A stretch of 64,000 nt of DNA from positions 77,125 to 141,124 of the forward strand of contig JBAXSP010000002.1 in the NCBI GenBank assembly GCA_037130655.1, read 5' to 3'. This document shows, piece after piece, positions 38,183-48,463 of this stretch. The translations under genes and the position numbers were made by a program. Below the pieces are notes generated by a model that had not been told where the DNA came from, searched no databases, and was given only the letters and a program-made list of their open reading frames with translations. Source of the DNA: a bacterium. GTDB lineage: Bacteria > Patescibacteriota > Minisyncoccia > Phycocordibacterales > UBA9973. Numbering within the stretch: the stretch's first letter is position 1; each line of letters starts with the position of its first letter.

Positions 38183-39121
38183 ATGCAAAATGAATCTATA
38201 GATAAACCCAAACTCATCATCATAACCGGCCCGACTGCCACTGGTAAGTCGGATTTTGCCGTGCGTGTCGCCCTTCAACTTCGTTCAGGGCAAGCTCAAA
38301 TAAATGCTGAAATAATCTCAGCCGACTCACGCCAAGTCTACAAAGGACTTGATATTGGTAGTGGTAAAATCACCGAAACAGAGATGCAAGGTGTTCCCCA
38401 TCATCTACTCGATATCACTGGTCCACAAAATGTCGTTTCTGTTGATCAATACAAACGTTTAACACACAAGAAAATCAAAGAAATCACTGAACGAGGAAAT
38501 GTACCTATCATATGCGGAGGCACCGGATTTTATATTGATGCAGTGACCAAAGGAATGTCATTTCCAGAAGTTCCACCGAATGAAGAACTCCGTACAGAAC
38601 TCGAACAAAAAACAACCGAAGAATTGTTCGCACAAGTTGCATCACTCGACAGCGCTCGCACAAAAACAATTGATGCCAAAAATCGCGTCAGACTGATCCG
38701 TGCTATCGAAATTGCAACAGCACTTGGCCACGTTCCTGAAATCAAATCAGCACATCCTTATGACACCTTATTTATCGGACTTGATTTACCAGATGAAGTA
38801 TTGAAAGAGAAAATCAGTATTCGCCTATTCGCGCGAATTAGTCCAATGTTAGAGGAAATTAAAAACTTAAACGAAAACGGGTTGTCTTGGAAACGGATGA
38901 TTGCACTTGGTCTCGAATACCGCTATGGTGCAATGTGTGTCAAAGAAAAAATTTCTCAAGAAGAAATGATTTCAAAACTCCAAACTGAAATCTGGAAATA
39001 CGCCAAGCGTCAACGAACATGGTTCAAACGAAATAAAAAGATTGTATGGATTGACCCGAGAGAAACTAATACTGAAGTAATAGAAAAAATTAAAAGTTTC
39101 TTAGAAAAATCTAACTTTTAA
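38183..39121 (+). CDS. miaA: tRNA dimethylallyltransferase
   Basis: GPTATGKS, ISADSRQVY, PHHLLD, GGTGFY, YAKRQRTWF. Confidence 0.96.
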   Translation: MQNESIDKPKLIIITGPTATGKSDFAVRVALQLRSGQAQINAEIISADSRQVYKGLDIGSGKITETEMQGVPHHLLDITGPQNVVSVDQYKRLTHKKIKEITERGNVPIICGGTGFYIDAVTKGMSFPEVPPNEELRTELEQKTTEELFAQVASLDSARTKTIDAKNRVRLIRAIEIATALGHVPEIKSAHPYDTLFIGLDLPDEVLKEKISIRLFARISPMLEEIKNLNENGLSWKRMIALGLEYRYGAMCVKEKISQEEMISKLQTEIWKYAKRQRTWFKRNKKIVWIDPRETNTEVIEKIKSFLEKSNF

Positions 39122-39483
39122 AAATACTTACCATCATCATTAACATCAAAATAAAGATAAATAGGAACGCAGCAAATTTTACAGCTTCTATTTTTGAAAA
39201 ATTATTGTATTTTTTCATCATGAAAACAAATAATATCAAGAATATTATCCAAGAGACAACGACTACAGCAACATGAGAAAACAAGAAGACATTACTTGTT
39301 ATTATCGTCGATATACTTGCTATCAAAAAAAACAACCGCCAAAATTCCAAGTGTTTTCCAAAAATCTATTAGTTTAGGTTTAAGTAAACGAAAAGCTACC
39401 CAAATAATACCTAATGGAATTAGAATAAAAAGAATTACCGACGGCAACAATCCTACAAACTTAAACCAAATATTTTCTAACAT
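39111..39483 (-). pseudogene. Membrane protein gene frameshifted at a T8 run
   Basis: Two overlapping hydrophobic ORFs join into one if one base is removed from the run at 39325-39332. Confidence 0.65.
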
Positions 39484-39501
39484 AAGTATATTATAACATT
39501 A

Positions 39502-39567
39502 TTAAATAATCTCTTCCAAATAATAGCCCCACAATTTCTTCATATCATTTCTCGTAAGCAAATCGAT
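39502..39567 (-). pseudogene. Displaced 3' end of the NUDIX gene
   Basis: Encodes IDLLTRNDMKKLWGYYLEEII*, matching LELLTRNDMKKLWRYY at the end of 40150-40668. Confidence 0.8.
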
Positions 39568-39570
39568 TTA

Positions 39571-40113
39571 CTACTTATTATTCTCAATAATCTCCTTCAT
39601 GTGAGAAGCGATAGGGCCTCTTATAACATCTTTAAGATTTAAAAGAATTTCTAATTTTCTTAATCCTTCAACGGTCTTTGATTTGAATTCAACGGTGTAA
39701 AAATCTTTAATATCATCTACTCTTTCTAGATCTATTTCGTCTTCATTTAAACTGTATTGCCATCCGGTACGAGTAAACTGATATTCATATTTATATTTAT
39801 CTAGAAGGTTTTCCTGTATAAATTTTTCTGCTTCTTCTAGAGAATCAAACCCTTGTTTAAGAGGAACCTCCGCATCTACACCTATTTCCTTTTGGTCATG
39901 AATTTTTACAGCAACAATAATATCTTTTTGTGGCCATATATTTTTATGATATACCCGAAGCCTTAAAAACTCATCGTCTAGACCTTTGACTGGATTGTAA
40001 GAAGAATATATTTTATCCGTTAAAATATATTCACCCTTAAAAACAGCACCATTATCTTCGAGTGTTTTTCTTGTTGTCTCTATTTCTCGAACAAAAGATC
40101 TAGCTTCAATCAT
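39571..40113 (-). CDS. CYTH domain protein
   Basis: MIEAR, D.IY, LRLR, DLE.V, VEFK. Confidence 0.75.
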   Translation of the reverse strand: MIEARSFVREIETTRKTLEDNGAVFKGEYILTDKIYSSYNPVKGLDDEFLRLRVYHKNIWPQKDIIVAVKIHDQKEIGVDAEVPLKQGFDSLEEAEKFIQENLLDKYKYEYQFTRTGWQYSLNEDEIDLERVDDIKDFYTVEFKSKTVEGLRKLEILLNLKDVIRGPIASHMKEIIENNK

Positions 40114-40149
40114 ATTTTATATAGTCTATCGTAATAATCTAAATAGTAC

Positions 40150-40668
40150 TTATTTTTTATATATATTGCAATAATATCTCCACAATTTTTTCATATCATT
40201 TCTTGTCAGTAATTCAAGAATTTCATCTTTCGGAATCCATACAAATTCAGCAATTGATTTTTCTTCATCAGAAATTTCATCTTTTTCAAGATCAGCGAGT
40301 TGCGCAAACACCAAATGATAATGCGCCAAACGATTCACATTTTTTACTGGATGGAAAAATAAACCATGAGAAACACAGTCCATTTCAGTCACCACAGAAA
40401 TATTTTTGTACCCTGTTTCTTCGTGAATTTCTTTTTTGACTGTATCAGCAACACTGTCTCCTTCTTCGATACCGCCAGTCAAAAATCCTTTCCAGTTAGA
40501 TTTCTTCCAATCAGCAATCAGATATAGTTCTTCATTTGGATGTTTGATAACTACCGCGACTGGATCACGCTCAATTATCTCCAATCCTTCTTGATAGGCG
40601 TCAGTTCCGCCACTTTGATTGATATCTACGTCAGGATAAAGCGCCTTAATTTCTTCTAGAGATTTCAT
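40150..40668 (-). CDS. NUDIX hydrolase
   Basis: GGIEEGD...TVKKEIHEETGY Nudix box. Confidence 0.9.
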   Translation of the reverse strand: MKSLEEIKALYPDVDINQSGGTDAYQEGLEIIERDPVAVVIKHPNEELYLIADWKKSNWKGFLTGGIEEGDSVADTVKKEIHEETGYKNISVVTEMDCVSHGLFFHPVKNVNRLAHYHLVFAQLADLEKDEISDEEKSIAEFVWIPKDEILELLTRNDMKKLWRYYCNIYKK

Positions 40669-40673
40669 AGTTT

Positions 40674-41348
40674 TTAATTCAACAAAAATCGCAATGTTGA
40701 AACGAGACGAATCTTTTTGTATTCAGGAGATCCTGGGTCTTTGTCAGTGATATCAAATACCCCTTGGTTTCCACGATTGACTCCCCCGACAGTTGTTCCA
40801 GCGTTTTGTGCAAATGAAGTGGCTGTTTCTTTGGCATTCTTGATTGCTTCGGCCAACATTTCTGGCTTCACACTATTTAGATCAGAGAATTCAAAAGAAA
40901 TATAATTTTGATTGAGCACTACTCCTTTCTTCACCAAAAGCAATGTTTCGTTTGAAGCACTTTTTGCCAAATCAACTTTCTTTGTATACACCGCGACTTG
41001 GTTGGTTGAGTTGTATCGGAACGCTGCGTCCTTGTAAGTATCTTGATAGATGTTTACCGGAGCCACATTGATTTCACTTGCTTCAAATCCTTTTTCAGTC
41101 AAGAAACTCTTGATTGCAGTAATATTCTTTTCTGTATCGGCATAGAGTTGATCAATACTATTTGATTTTACCTCAAATGTCAGCGTCCAAATAGCCGTAT
41201 CAGCTTTGACGATTTTTTCTGATAAACCTTTTACTTCAACATACGAACCTTGTTTTGAGAAATCTTTCGAAGCGAAAAATACCGCTCCAGCGAATAATAA
41301 AATTCCTGCACTAATAATCCAAATTGCGTTATTTTTTAGTTTTTCCAT
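40674..41348 (-). CDS. SIMPL (DUF541) domain protein
   Basis: VEVKGLSE..VKAD.A.W, KPEMLAEA.KNA, NQGVF.I, KKIRLVST. Confidence 0.88.
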   Translation of the reverse strand: MEKLKNNAIWIISAGILLFAGAVFFASKDFSKQGSYVEVKGLSEKIVKADTAIWTLTFEVKSNSIDQLYADTEKNITAIKSFLTEKGFEASEINVAPVNIYQDTYKDAAFRYNSTNQVAVYTKKVDLAKSASNETLLLVKKGVVLNQNYISFEFSDLNSVKPEMLAEAIKNAKETATSFAQNAGTTVGGVNRGNQGVFDITDKDPGSPEYKKIRLVSTLRFLLN

Positions 41349-41378
41349 ATGGACTTATTATAGCATTTAAATGCAATG

Positions 41379-41576
41379 TGCGGGCGATGGAGGAATCTCG
41401 ACTAACAGACTCAGAATCGGTCACGAATATTTTTCACCAGAAAAATTTCTCGACCCCACCTCGCCTATTTTTCTGGTGAAAAATTATGGCTCCGGCTTTC
41501 GATTCCTCTCGCAAGTAAAATTGTTTACTTGCTCATCACCCACAAAAAAAACAGCTTTCGCTGTCTTTTTTTTTTG
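41379..41576 (-). repeat. tRNA-3'-linked structured element (Trp copy)
   Basis: 19-bp direct repeat TGCGGGCGATGGAGGAATC at 41379-41397 and 41575-41593; split antisense arm; core shared with the Cys copy. Confidence 0.92.
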
Positions 41577-41647
41577 CGGGCGATGGAGGAATCGAACCCC
41601 CACCAATGGTTTTGGAGACCATTGTTCTACCACTAAACTAATCGCCC
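41577..41647 (-). tRNA. tRNA-Trp(CCA)
   Basis: GGGCGAT/ATCGCCC acceptor, ATGGT-CTCCAAA-ACCAT. Confidence 0.95.
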
Positions 41648-41703
41648 GTGTTTGTTGATTCTAACAAAAAAAGCCCGTTTGGGCCAGTTTTTGTTAGAAA
41701 AAA

Positions 41704-41862
41704 TTATTTCTTAGCTTCTTTGAAAACAACGTGCTTACGTAGTTTTTTAGAGTATTTCTTCATTTCCAACTTTTCAGGATTTTGCTTCTTGTTCTTGAAA
41801 GTATAAATAATCTCCTTACTTGTTTTGTTGGTCAATTTTATTAAATGGTCTTGCTTTGACAT
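41704..41862 (-). CDS. rpmG: 50S ribosomal protein L33 (Cys-free form)
   Basis: Manual translation MSKQDHLIKL...YTFKNKKQNPEKLEMKKYSKKLRKHVVFKEAKK. Confidence 0.93.
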   Translation of the reverse strand: MSKQDHLIKLTNKTSKEIIYTFKNKKQNPEKLEMKKYSKKLRKHVVFKEAKK

Positions 41863-41916
41863 AGTCCTCATACTATACAGAAAATGGGTCTTTTTTGCAA
41901 GTTTTTTGAGTTATAG

Positions 41917-41942
41917 GAAAATCCCGCAAAAGCGGGATTTTC
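41917..41942. terminator. Terminator after the tRNA-Tyr element
   Basis: GAAAATCCCGC-AAAA-GCGGGATTTTC. Confidence 0.8.
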
Positions 41943-41950
41943 TTATGTTT

Positions 41951-42132
41951 TGTGCGCCGGGTTGGATTCGGTTCTTACAGAACCCTGTACCCTAATTGGC
42001 TATTTTATTCGTTGAACTCATAAAATAGCTCAATCAGGCTTCGAATCCTGCTCGCATTTTTATCAAATAAAAATACTCCGCAACCCGTCTCTCAAAAATA
42101 AAAAGCCTGTTTTCACAAGCTTTTTATTTATG
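41951..42132 (-). repeat. tRNA-3'-linked structured element (Tyr copy)
   Basis: 20-bp direct repeat TGTGCGCCGGGTTGGATTCG at 41951-41970 and 42131-42150; split antisense arm; core GCCTGATTGAG...CCAATTAGGGTAC..GTTCTGTAAGAAC. Confidence 0.92.
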
Positions 42133-42215
42133 TGCGCCGGGTTGGATTCGAACCAACGAAGCCCAAGGGCGACAGATTTACAGTCTGTTGTAATTGACCA
42201 CTCTACCACCGACGC
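42133..42215 (-). tRNA. tRNA-Tyr(GTA)
   Basis: ACAGA-CTGTAAA-TCTGT, long variable arm, GGTTCGAATCC. Confidence 0.96.
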
Positions 42216-42279
42216 AACAGTAGTACTATACAGTATTTATCTTTTTTTTTCAATATAAAATCCCCTTTCGGGGATTTTA

Positions 42280-44970
42280 TTATGCCTTTGCTTTTTTGTT
42301 TACTTTCACCGGACTTTTCTTTTTACCTTTCTTAGTCTCAACAAAGAGTTCATTGTTCTTGACCGACACTTTGACTTCTTCCCCTGCGGTGACCCCATCC
42401 GCAATGATGTGAGTCGCCACTGGATTCAAAATCTTGGTCTGAATCAATCTATTCAATGGACGTGCACCGTAGTGCGGATCGTAGCCATCTTTTGCGAGTA
42501 GCTCATATGCATCATCAGACACAAGCAATTCGATTCCTTTGTCTTTCAATCGCTTTGCAACTTCACCAATTCGCAACTTCACAATTTCTTTGATTGCATC
42601 TTTTGACAAGATATCAAACACAACGATTTCATCAAGACGATTCAAGAATTCTGGACGAAAATGATCTTTGAGTGCGTCGAGTACTTTGTCTTTGGTTTGT
42701 TCATATTCTTTCTTTTCACTCGTTGCACCGAAACCAAGACTTTCCATTTTTTGAATAAATTGTGAACCAATGTTTGAAGTGAGAATGATCACCGCATTTT
42801 TGAAATTCACGACACGTCCTTTTGAATCAGTTAGACGGCCTTCATCGAGCACTTGGAGCAAGGTGTTGAATACTTCAGGATGAGCTTTTTCAACTTCATC
42901 AAACAGCACGACAGAATACGGACGGTGACGAATCGCTTCGGTCAATTGCCCACTTTCATCGTGACCAACATAACCAGGAGGTGAACCGATCAATTTTGAC
43001 GCACTGTGACGTTCCATGTATTCACTCATATCAACACGAATCAATGCTTTTTCATCATTGAACATAAATGACGCGAGCGCTTTGGTAAGCTCAGTCTTCC
43101 CGACTCCAGTTGGACCGAGGAAAATAAATGAACCGATTGGACGATTTGGATCCGCAATTCCTGCACGAGAACGACGAATCACTTGGGCAACCTTTTCAAT
43201 TGCTTCATCTTGACCTTGAACACGAGCTTTGAGTTCTGTTTCCATCCGAGCCAATTTGATTCGTTCTTCTTCAAGCATGCGAGTTACTGGAATTCCGGTC
43301 CATCGTGCCACCACATCAGCGATATCTTCAGCGGTAATTTCTTCACGCAAGATACGACGAGATTTTTGCAATTTTTTCAAACGCTCCATTTTTTCATGCA
43401 GTGATTTTTCAGCAGTTGGAATTTTGCCATAACGAATCTCAGCAGCAAGTGCGAGATCAGCTTTCATTTCAGCATTTTCAGCTTCGAGACGAAGCACTTC
43501 CAATTCTTTCTTGAGTGCACGAATATCCACCAAGACACTTTTTTCATTTTGCCATTTGAGTTCGAGCTCTTTCGTCTTTTCTTTTGCATTAGCAATTTCA
43601 CGATCGATTTCTTTGATACGTGATTTTATTTCTTTAAATGCTTTTGTAGAAGCCATTTCATTTTCTTGATCTTTCGACAATGCTTCTTTTTCGATTTCCA
43701 GACGCATTATTTTACGATGTGCTTCTTCGAGTTGTACTGGCTTATTTTCAAGTGCCATTCGAAGTGATGAAGAGGCTTCGTCAATCAAGTCGATTGCTTT
43801 GTCTGGAAGATTTCGATTGGTGATGTAGCGAGTCGAAAGCTCAACAGCAGAAATAATCGCATCATCAGTAATACGTACCCCGTGGAACAATTCATATTTT
43901 TCTTTGAGTCCACGAAGGATCGCCACCGCATCTTCGGTACTTGGTTCTTCGACATAAACTGGTTGGAATCGTCGAGCAAGGGCTGGATCTTTTTCAATAT
44001 GTTTTTGATATTCTTTGATGGTTGTCGCACCAATTGCACGCAGTTCTCCACGAGCAAGTGCTGGCTTCAACATGTTTGAAGCATCGAGTGATCCTTCAGA
44101 AGAACCCGCACCGACGATTGTGTGAATTTCATCAATAAACAAAATCATTCGTCCATCAGCCTTTTCGATTTCTTTGATGATACCCTTCAAACGTTCTTCA
44201 AATTCTCCACGATATTTTGTACCAGCAATAAGCAGTCCAATATCAAGTGAGATAACTTCTTTGTTTTTGAGCGATTCAGGCACATCGCCACGAGCAATAC
44301 GAATCGCCAATCCTTCAGCCACAGCAGTCTTCCCTGTTCCTGGTTCACCAATCAATATTGGATTGTTTTTGGTACGACGAGAAAGAATCTGCATAATACG
44401 AGCAATTTCTGTATCACGACCAATAACTGGATCAAGTTTGTCAGCCTTTGCAAGCTCTGTCAGATTGCGAGTGTATTTGGTAATCAAACGTTTCTTTGGG
44501 CCACTTGCTTCAAAGTTCGCATCATTGCGACTCTCAGCAATCATCGTACGAAACTGTGCGATATCGATTTTGAATTTCTCAAGCAAACTTTTTGCCGGAC
44601 CTTCTACTTCAAGCATTGCCAAAAAAAGATGTTCTGCACCAACAAATTCATCTTCGGTTGATTGCGCCATCTTCGGAGACACTTCAATCACCTGCGCCAT
44701 GTCAGGCGTCAAATACATTTGATATGACGGAGAGACCGTACTTTTGATTTCTGGTTCATCAAGTTCTTCAATAACAGAATCAGAAAGCAACAATGTATCT
44801 ACATTCATTGTTTCGAGAATCGCAACAGGCAAACTTTCTTCTTGAAATAAAATAGCGGTCAACAAATACAAACTACTGACGTGATTTTGCCCACGCTCAA
44901 TAGCAAGCTCGTGAGCTTTTTTGATGGCTTCTTTTGCTTTGGTTGTAAACTGATTGAATGATGGCATCAT
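42280..44970 (-). CDS. clpB: ClpB chaperone
   Basis: Clp N domain, GEPGTGKT, long coiled-coil middle domain, [13 protein letters not shown]. Confidence 0.93.
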   Translation of the reverse strand: MMPSFNQFTTKAKEAIKKAHELAIERGQNHVSSLYLLTAILFQEESLPVAILETMNVDTLLLSDSVIEELDEPEIKSTVSPSYQMYLTPDMAQVIEVSPKMAQSTEDEFVGAEHLFLAMLEVEGPAKSLLEKFKIDIAQFRTMIAESRNDANFEASGPKKRLITKYTRNLTELAKADKLDPVIGRDTEIARIMQILSRRTKNNPILIGEPGTGKTAVAEGLAIRIARGDVPESLKNKEVISLDIGLLIAGTKYRGEFEERLKGIIKEIEKADGRMILFIDEIHTIVGAGSSEGSLDASNMLKPALARGELRAIGATTIKEYQKHIEKDPALARRFQPVYVEEPSTEDAVAILRGLKEKYELFHGVRITDDAIISAVELSTRYITNRNLPDKAIDLIDEASSSLRMALENKPVQLEEAHRKIMRLEIEKEALSKDQENEMASTKAFKEIKSRIKEIDREIANAKEKTKELELKWQNEKSVLVDIRALKKELEVLRLEAENAEMKADLALAAEIRYGKIPTAEKSLHEKMERLKKLQKSRRILREEITAEDIADVVARWTGIPVTRMLEEERIKLARMETELKARVQGQDEAIEKVAQVIRRSRAGIADPNRPIGSFIFLGPTGVGKTELTKALASFMFNDEKALIRVDMSEYMERHSASKLIGSPPGYVGHDESGQLTEAIRHRPYSVVLFDEVEKAHPEVFNTLLQVLDEGRLTDSKGRVVNFKNAVIILTSNIGSQFIQKMESLGFGATSEKKEYEQTKDKVLDALKDHFRPEFLNRLDEIVVFDILSKDAIKEIVKLRIGEVAKRLKDKGIELLVSDDAYELLAKDGYDPHYGARPLNRLIQTKILNPVATHIIADGVTAGEEVKVSVKNNELFVETKKGKKKSPVKVNKKAKA

Positions 44971-44980
44971 AATTATTATA

Positions 44981-45191
44981 AATTACGTAAATGATGCATT
45001 TCTTCGTTGAAATAACTAAAACCCTCGTCACTGTACAACTCGTACACTTCCTCGTATTTTAATCATTCTCTTACAGAGACGGTACACCTTTTGGATATAT
45101 TTCTTCATTATACTCGAAATATATCTCAAAAGGTCTTGCGATTGTGTTTCAACACAATCTCACACCTCGAACTGCATTCATTTACCTAATT
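44981..45191 (-). repeat. Palindromic element enclosing structured repeat core, non-tRNA copy 3
   Basis: Outer IR AATTACGTAAATGATGCA / TGCATTCATTTACCTAATT; core at about 45067-45166 matches the copies at 817 and 35915. Confidence 0.85.
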
Positions 45192-45207
45192 TCTATTTGT
45201 TATATTT

Positions 45208-46395
45208 TTAAATCTTTTTACCGAACTTGTCAACAATTTGAGTCAGTGCTTTGATAAACGCATCAATGTCTCTTTTTTTAGTTTCTCGTCCAAATGAAAT
45301 ACGAATTCCTCCTTCACTTGTTGTGTTTCCAATCGCTACCAATACATGTGACGGATTTTCATCTTTTGACTTACAAGCACTTTTAGCAGAAACAGCAAAT
45401 CCTTTGGCGTTTAGATACAAAATAGCAATTTCACTGTCGAGCAATGGCACAGAAATATTTATGATATGAGGCGATGCGGTTGTTAGACTTCCATTGAACG
45501 AAACATATGGCAATACTTTTTTTATTTCTGTTACAAAATATGCCTTGAGTTCTGTTAGTCGCTTTTTTTCTTTGTGTTTAATTTCATCACTGATAAGTAC
45601 TGCTTGTGCAAGTCCGATATATGAAGTGACATTTTCTGTTCCGGCTCGCAATCCATGTTCTTGGTCTCCCCCTTTCAACAAGGATTCAATTGGTGTACCG
45701 TTTTTGACAAACAATACTCCGGTACCAGTTGGACCGTATATTTTTGTGCCATTGAATGAAAGCAAATCAACGCCGAGTTTTGGAATATGCATATCCATCA
45801 ATCCGATAGCTTGTGCTGCGTCGGTATGAAGCAATGGATACACGCCGGCTTTGTGCGAATCTCGTCCGTTATGTTTTTTGAAATGACGAATTGTTTTTGC
45901 AACTTCTTCAATTGGTAAGATTGTTCCAATTTCATTGTTGACATACATCACTGAAACAAGAATTGTTTCTTTCTTTAAGGCTTTTTTCAAATCTAGGGTG
46001 CTGATGATTCCCGCAGTGTCGACAGGCAGATATGTCACTGTAATTCTTTTTTTATTTTCTAAATACTTAATTGTTTCAAGTACCGCTGGATGTTCAATGG
46101 CTGTTGTAATGACATGTGGAATTCCTATTCCAATATACGCATCGACAACTCCAATAATTGCAAGATTATCACTTTCAGTCCCTCCACTGGTAAAAATGAT
46201 TTCTTTTGAGAGCACTCCGAATGTTGTTGCGATTTTTTTGCGAGCATTTTCCAACACTTCTCTGATTGCAACACCTTCAGTGTGCAATGCATTTGGATTG
46301 GCGACGTATTTTTTATTCAACGAGTAGACGAGTTTATTAACTTCCCGATCAACAGGAGCAAGTGATGCGTAATCAAGATAAATTCGAGATTTCAT
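45208..46395 (-). CDS. iscS: Cysteine desulfurase (IscS/NifS type)
   Basis: IYLDYA, FTSGGTESDN, EHPAV, HTDAAQ, RAGTEN, SAKSAC. Confidence 0.9.
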   Translation of the reverse strand: MKSRIYLDYASLAPVDREVNKLVYSLNKKYVANPNALHTEGVAIREVLENARKKIATTFGVLSKEIIFTSGGTESDNLAIIGVVDAYIGIGIPHVITTAIEHPAVLETIKYLENKKRITVTYLPVDTAGIISTLDLKKALKKETILVSVMYVNNEIGTILPIEEVAKTIRHFKKHNGRDSHKAGVYPLLHTDAAQAIGLMDMHIPKLGVDLLSFNGTKIYGPTGTGVLFVKNGTPIESLLKGGDQEHGLRAGTENVTSYIGLAQAVLISDEIKHKEKKRLTELKAYFVTEIKKVLPYVSFNGSLTTASPHIINISVPLLDSEIAILYLNAKGFAVSAKSACKSKDENPSHVLVAIGNTTSEGGIRISFGRETKKRDIDAFIKALTQIVDKFGKKI

Positions 46396-46499
46396 TGTAT
46401 ATAGTATACACCAAAAAACATTTTCTTTGATTTAAATTCACACACATTCATAATATTTTCACCCTTGAAAAATAGACAAAAATGAGGTATTATAGGGAA

Positions 46500-46952
46500 A
46501 TGTTTCCATCTCCTACAATCATTGGTTTTATTGCAATCGGCATATTTGCCATTTGTATGCTTGTATGGAATATCAAACTAGAGCGACGTATCAAGAAAGT
46601 ATTCAAAACAGAAAAACACGAATCAATCGACGATGTCATCGAGCACCTCATCAACCACGGACAATTCTTGGCAGAAAAAAATACTGCACTCGAACAATAC
46701 GCATCGATGATTGATGAACGACTCAAAAAACGTGTATTGAGTTCTGAGGTAGTTAGATTCAATGCTTGGGGCGATGCCTCAGGCGGACAAAGTTTTGCCA
46801 TGGCACTCATCGACGAAGAAGGAAATGGAATTATTCTTTCATCACTGTATGCAAGAGACAGAATGAGTGTTTTTGCAAAACCAGTGAAAGCATGGAAATC
46901 TGAATACGAATTAACTGAGGAAGAAAAATCAGTTCTCTTTGCCAAAAAATAA
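46500..46952 (+). CDS. DUF4446 family protein
   Basis: TM, coiled coil, VRFNAW.D..GGQSFA.AL.D..GNG.ILSSLY.R, LTEEE. Confidence 0.85.
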   Translation: MFPSPTIIGFIAIGIFAICMLVWNIKLERRIKKVFKTEKHESIDDVIEHLINHGQFLAEKNTALEQYASMIDERLKKRVLSSEVVRFNAWGDASGGQSFAMALIDEEGNGIILSSLYARDRMSVFAKPVKAWKSEYELTEEEKSVLFAKK

Positions 46953-46964
46953 CAATCAAAAAAT

Positions 46965-48452
46965 ATGCATAAAAATGAAGCTACAAAAAGACCTCCAGTG
47001 GTTGCAATAATGGGACACGTTGATCATGGAAAATCAACGCTTCTTGATTTTATTCGCAAATCAAATATCGTTGACGGCGAAGCTGGTGGTATCACACAAC
47101 ATTTGAGTGCATACGAAGTTGATCACAAAGATGCTGACGGCAAACACCATTTGATTACATTTATCGACACACCTGGTCACGCAGCTTTCTCTGGAATGCG
47201 TGATCGTGGTGCACAAGCAGCCGACATTGCTATTTTGATTGTGTCAGCAGAAGATAGTATCAAAACACAAACACTTGAAGCACTCGAAACAATTCGCAAA
47301 AACAATGTGCCATTTATTATCGCAATCAACAAAATCGACAAACAAGGAGCAAATATTGAAAAAGTAAAATACGATTTGATGGAACATCAAGTGTATGTTG
47401 AAGGACTCGGCGGGACAACACCTGTCGTAGCAATCTCTGCAAAAAATGGTACTGGTATCCCCGACCTTCTTGAAACAATCACTCTTGTGGCTGAAATGGA
47501 AGAATTCAAAGGACATCAAACTGCTCCTGCTGAAGGAATCGTTATCGAATCTCATATGGACCCAAAAACTGGCGCACAAGCAACACTCATCGTCAAAGAT
47601 GGTTGTATTGCAAAAGGTCAATTTGTTGTCGCAGGAAGCGCCATTGCACCGACTCGTATGCTCGAAAGTGGACGCGGAAGTTCTGTTGACCACGTCATTT
47701 GTGGTTCTCCTGTACGTATTTCTGGCTGGAGTTCTGTTCCAGTTATCGGTAGTTCATTTACCGTATTTACCAACAAAAAAGAAGCTGAGGAATTTGCAAA
47801 ACTATGGGAACAAGCAAACCCTGCAAAAGAAACACTGAAGGAAGGAGTGACCTACATTCCACTGATTATTCGTACTGATGTAACTGGTACCTGTGAAGCT
47901 ATTTTGAAAGAAGTACAAAAAATGGCACAAGAAACAATCGCCTACAATGTCATCTCGAAAGGTGTTGGTAATATCAGTGAAAATGATATGAAGATTGCCG
48001 GTACTGACAAAAACACGGTGATTGTTGGTTTTGGTGTCAAAGTAGACAATACTGCTCGAGAAATTGGTGAACAGCTTCATATTGATATCAATTTATTCAA
48101 TATCATTTACAAACTCACTGAATTTCTTGAAGAAAATCTTGAGAACAAACGCCCGCGCGTGCAGACACTTGAAGCACTTGGTGCACTCAAAGTTCTTCGT
48201 ACGTTTAGTCAAACAAAAGACAAACAAGTACTCGGAGGAAAAGTTATCTTAGGAAAAATTGAGGTTGGAAGTATCATTCGAATATTACGCCGTGACAATG
48301 AAATCGGCCAAGGTAAAATCACTGAGGTTCAAAAGAGTAAAGTCAAAACAAAAGAAGCAATTCTTGATGAAGAATGTGGATTGATGGTGGAGAGTAAAGT
48401 CGAAATTGCACCACAAGATGTACTCGAAGCATTTATTATGGTGGCCAAGTAA
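46965..48452 (+). CDS. infB: Translation initiation factor IF-2 (short form)
   Basis: RPPVVAIMGHVDHGKS, GGITQH, DTPGHAAF, NKID. Confidence 0.96.
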   Translation: MHKNEATKRPPVVAIMGHVDHGKSTLLDFIRKSNIVDGEAGGITQHLSAYEVDHKDADGKHHLITFIDTPGHAAFSGMRDRGAQAADIAILIVSAEDSIKTQTLEALETIRKNNVPFIIAINKIDKQGANIEKVKYDLMEHQVYVEGLGGTTPVVAISAKNGTGIPDLLETITLVAEMEEFKGHQTAPAEGIVIESHMDPKTGAQATLIVKDGCIAKGQFVVAGSAIAPTRMLESGRGSSVDHVICGSPVRISGWSSVPVIGSSFTVFTNKKEAEEFAKLWEQANPAKETLKEGVTYIPLIIRTDVTGTCEAILKEVQKMAQETIAYNVISKGVGNISENDMKIAGTDKNTVIVGFGVKVDNTAREIGEQLHIDINLFNIIYKLTEFLEENLENKRPRVQTLEALGALKVLRTFSQTKDKQVLGGKVILGKIEVGSIIRILRRDNEIGQGKITEVQKSKVKTKEAILDEECGLMVESKVEIAPQDVLEAFIMVAK

Positions 48453-48463
48453 TATCACAACAT

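Noticed and set aside
41577-41647. Alternative genetic code (TGA recoding)
   Set aside because: TGA ends intact genes such as topA, long ORFs are uninterrupted in code 11, and tRNA-Trp has a CCA anticodon.
41379-42150. tRNA 3' direct repeats as attL/attR of prophages or genomic islands
   Set aside because: Only 170-200 bp lie between the repeats, there is no integrase, and the internal architecture is conserved; treated as a distinct element instead.
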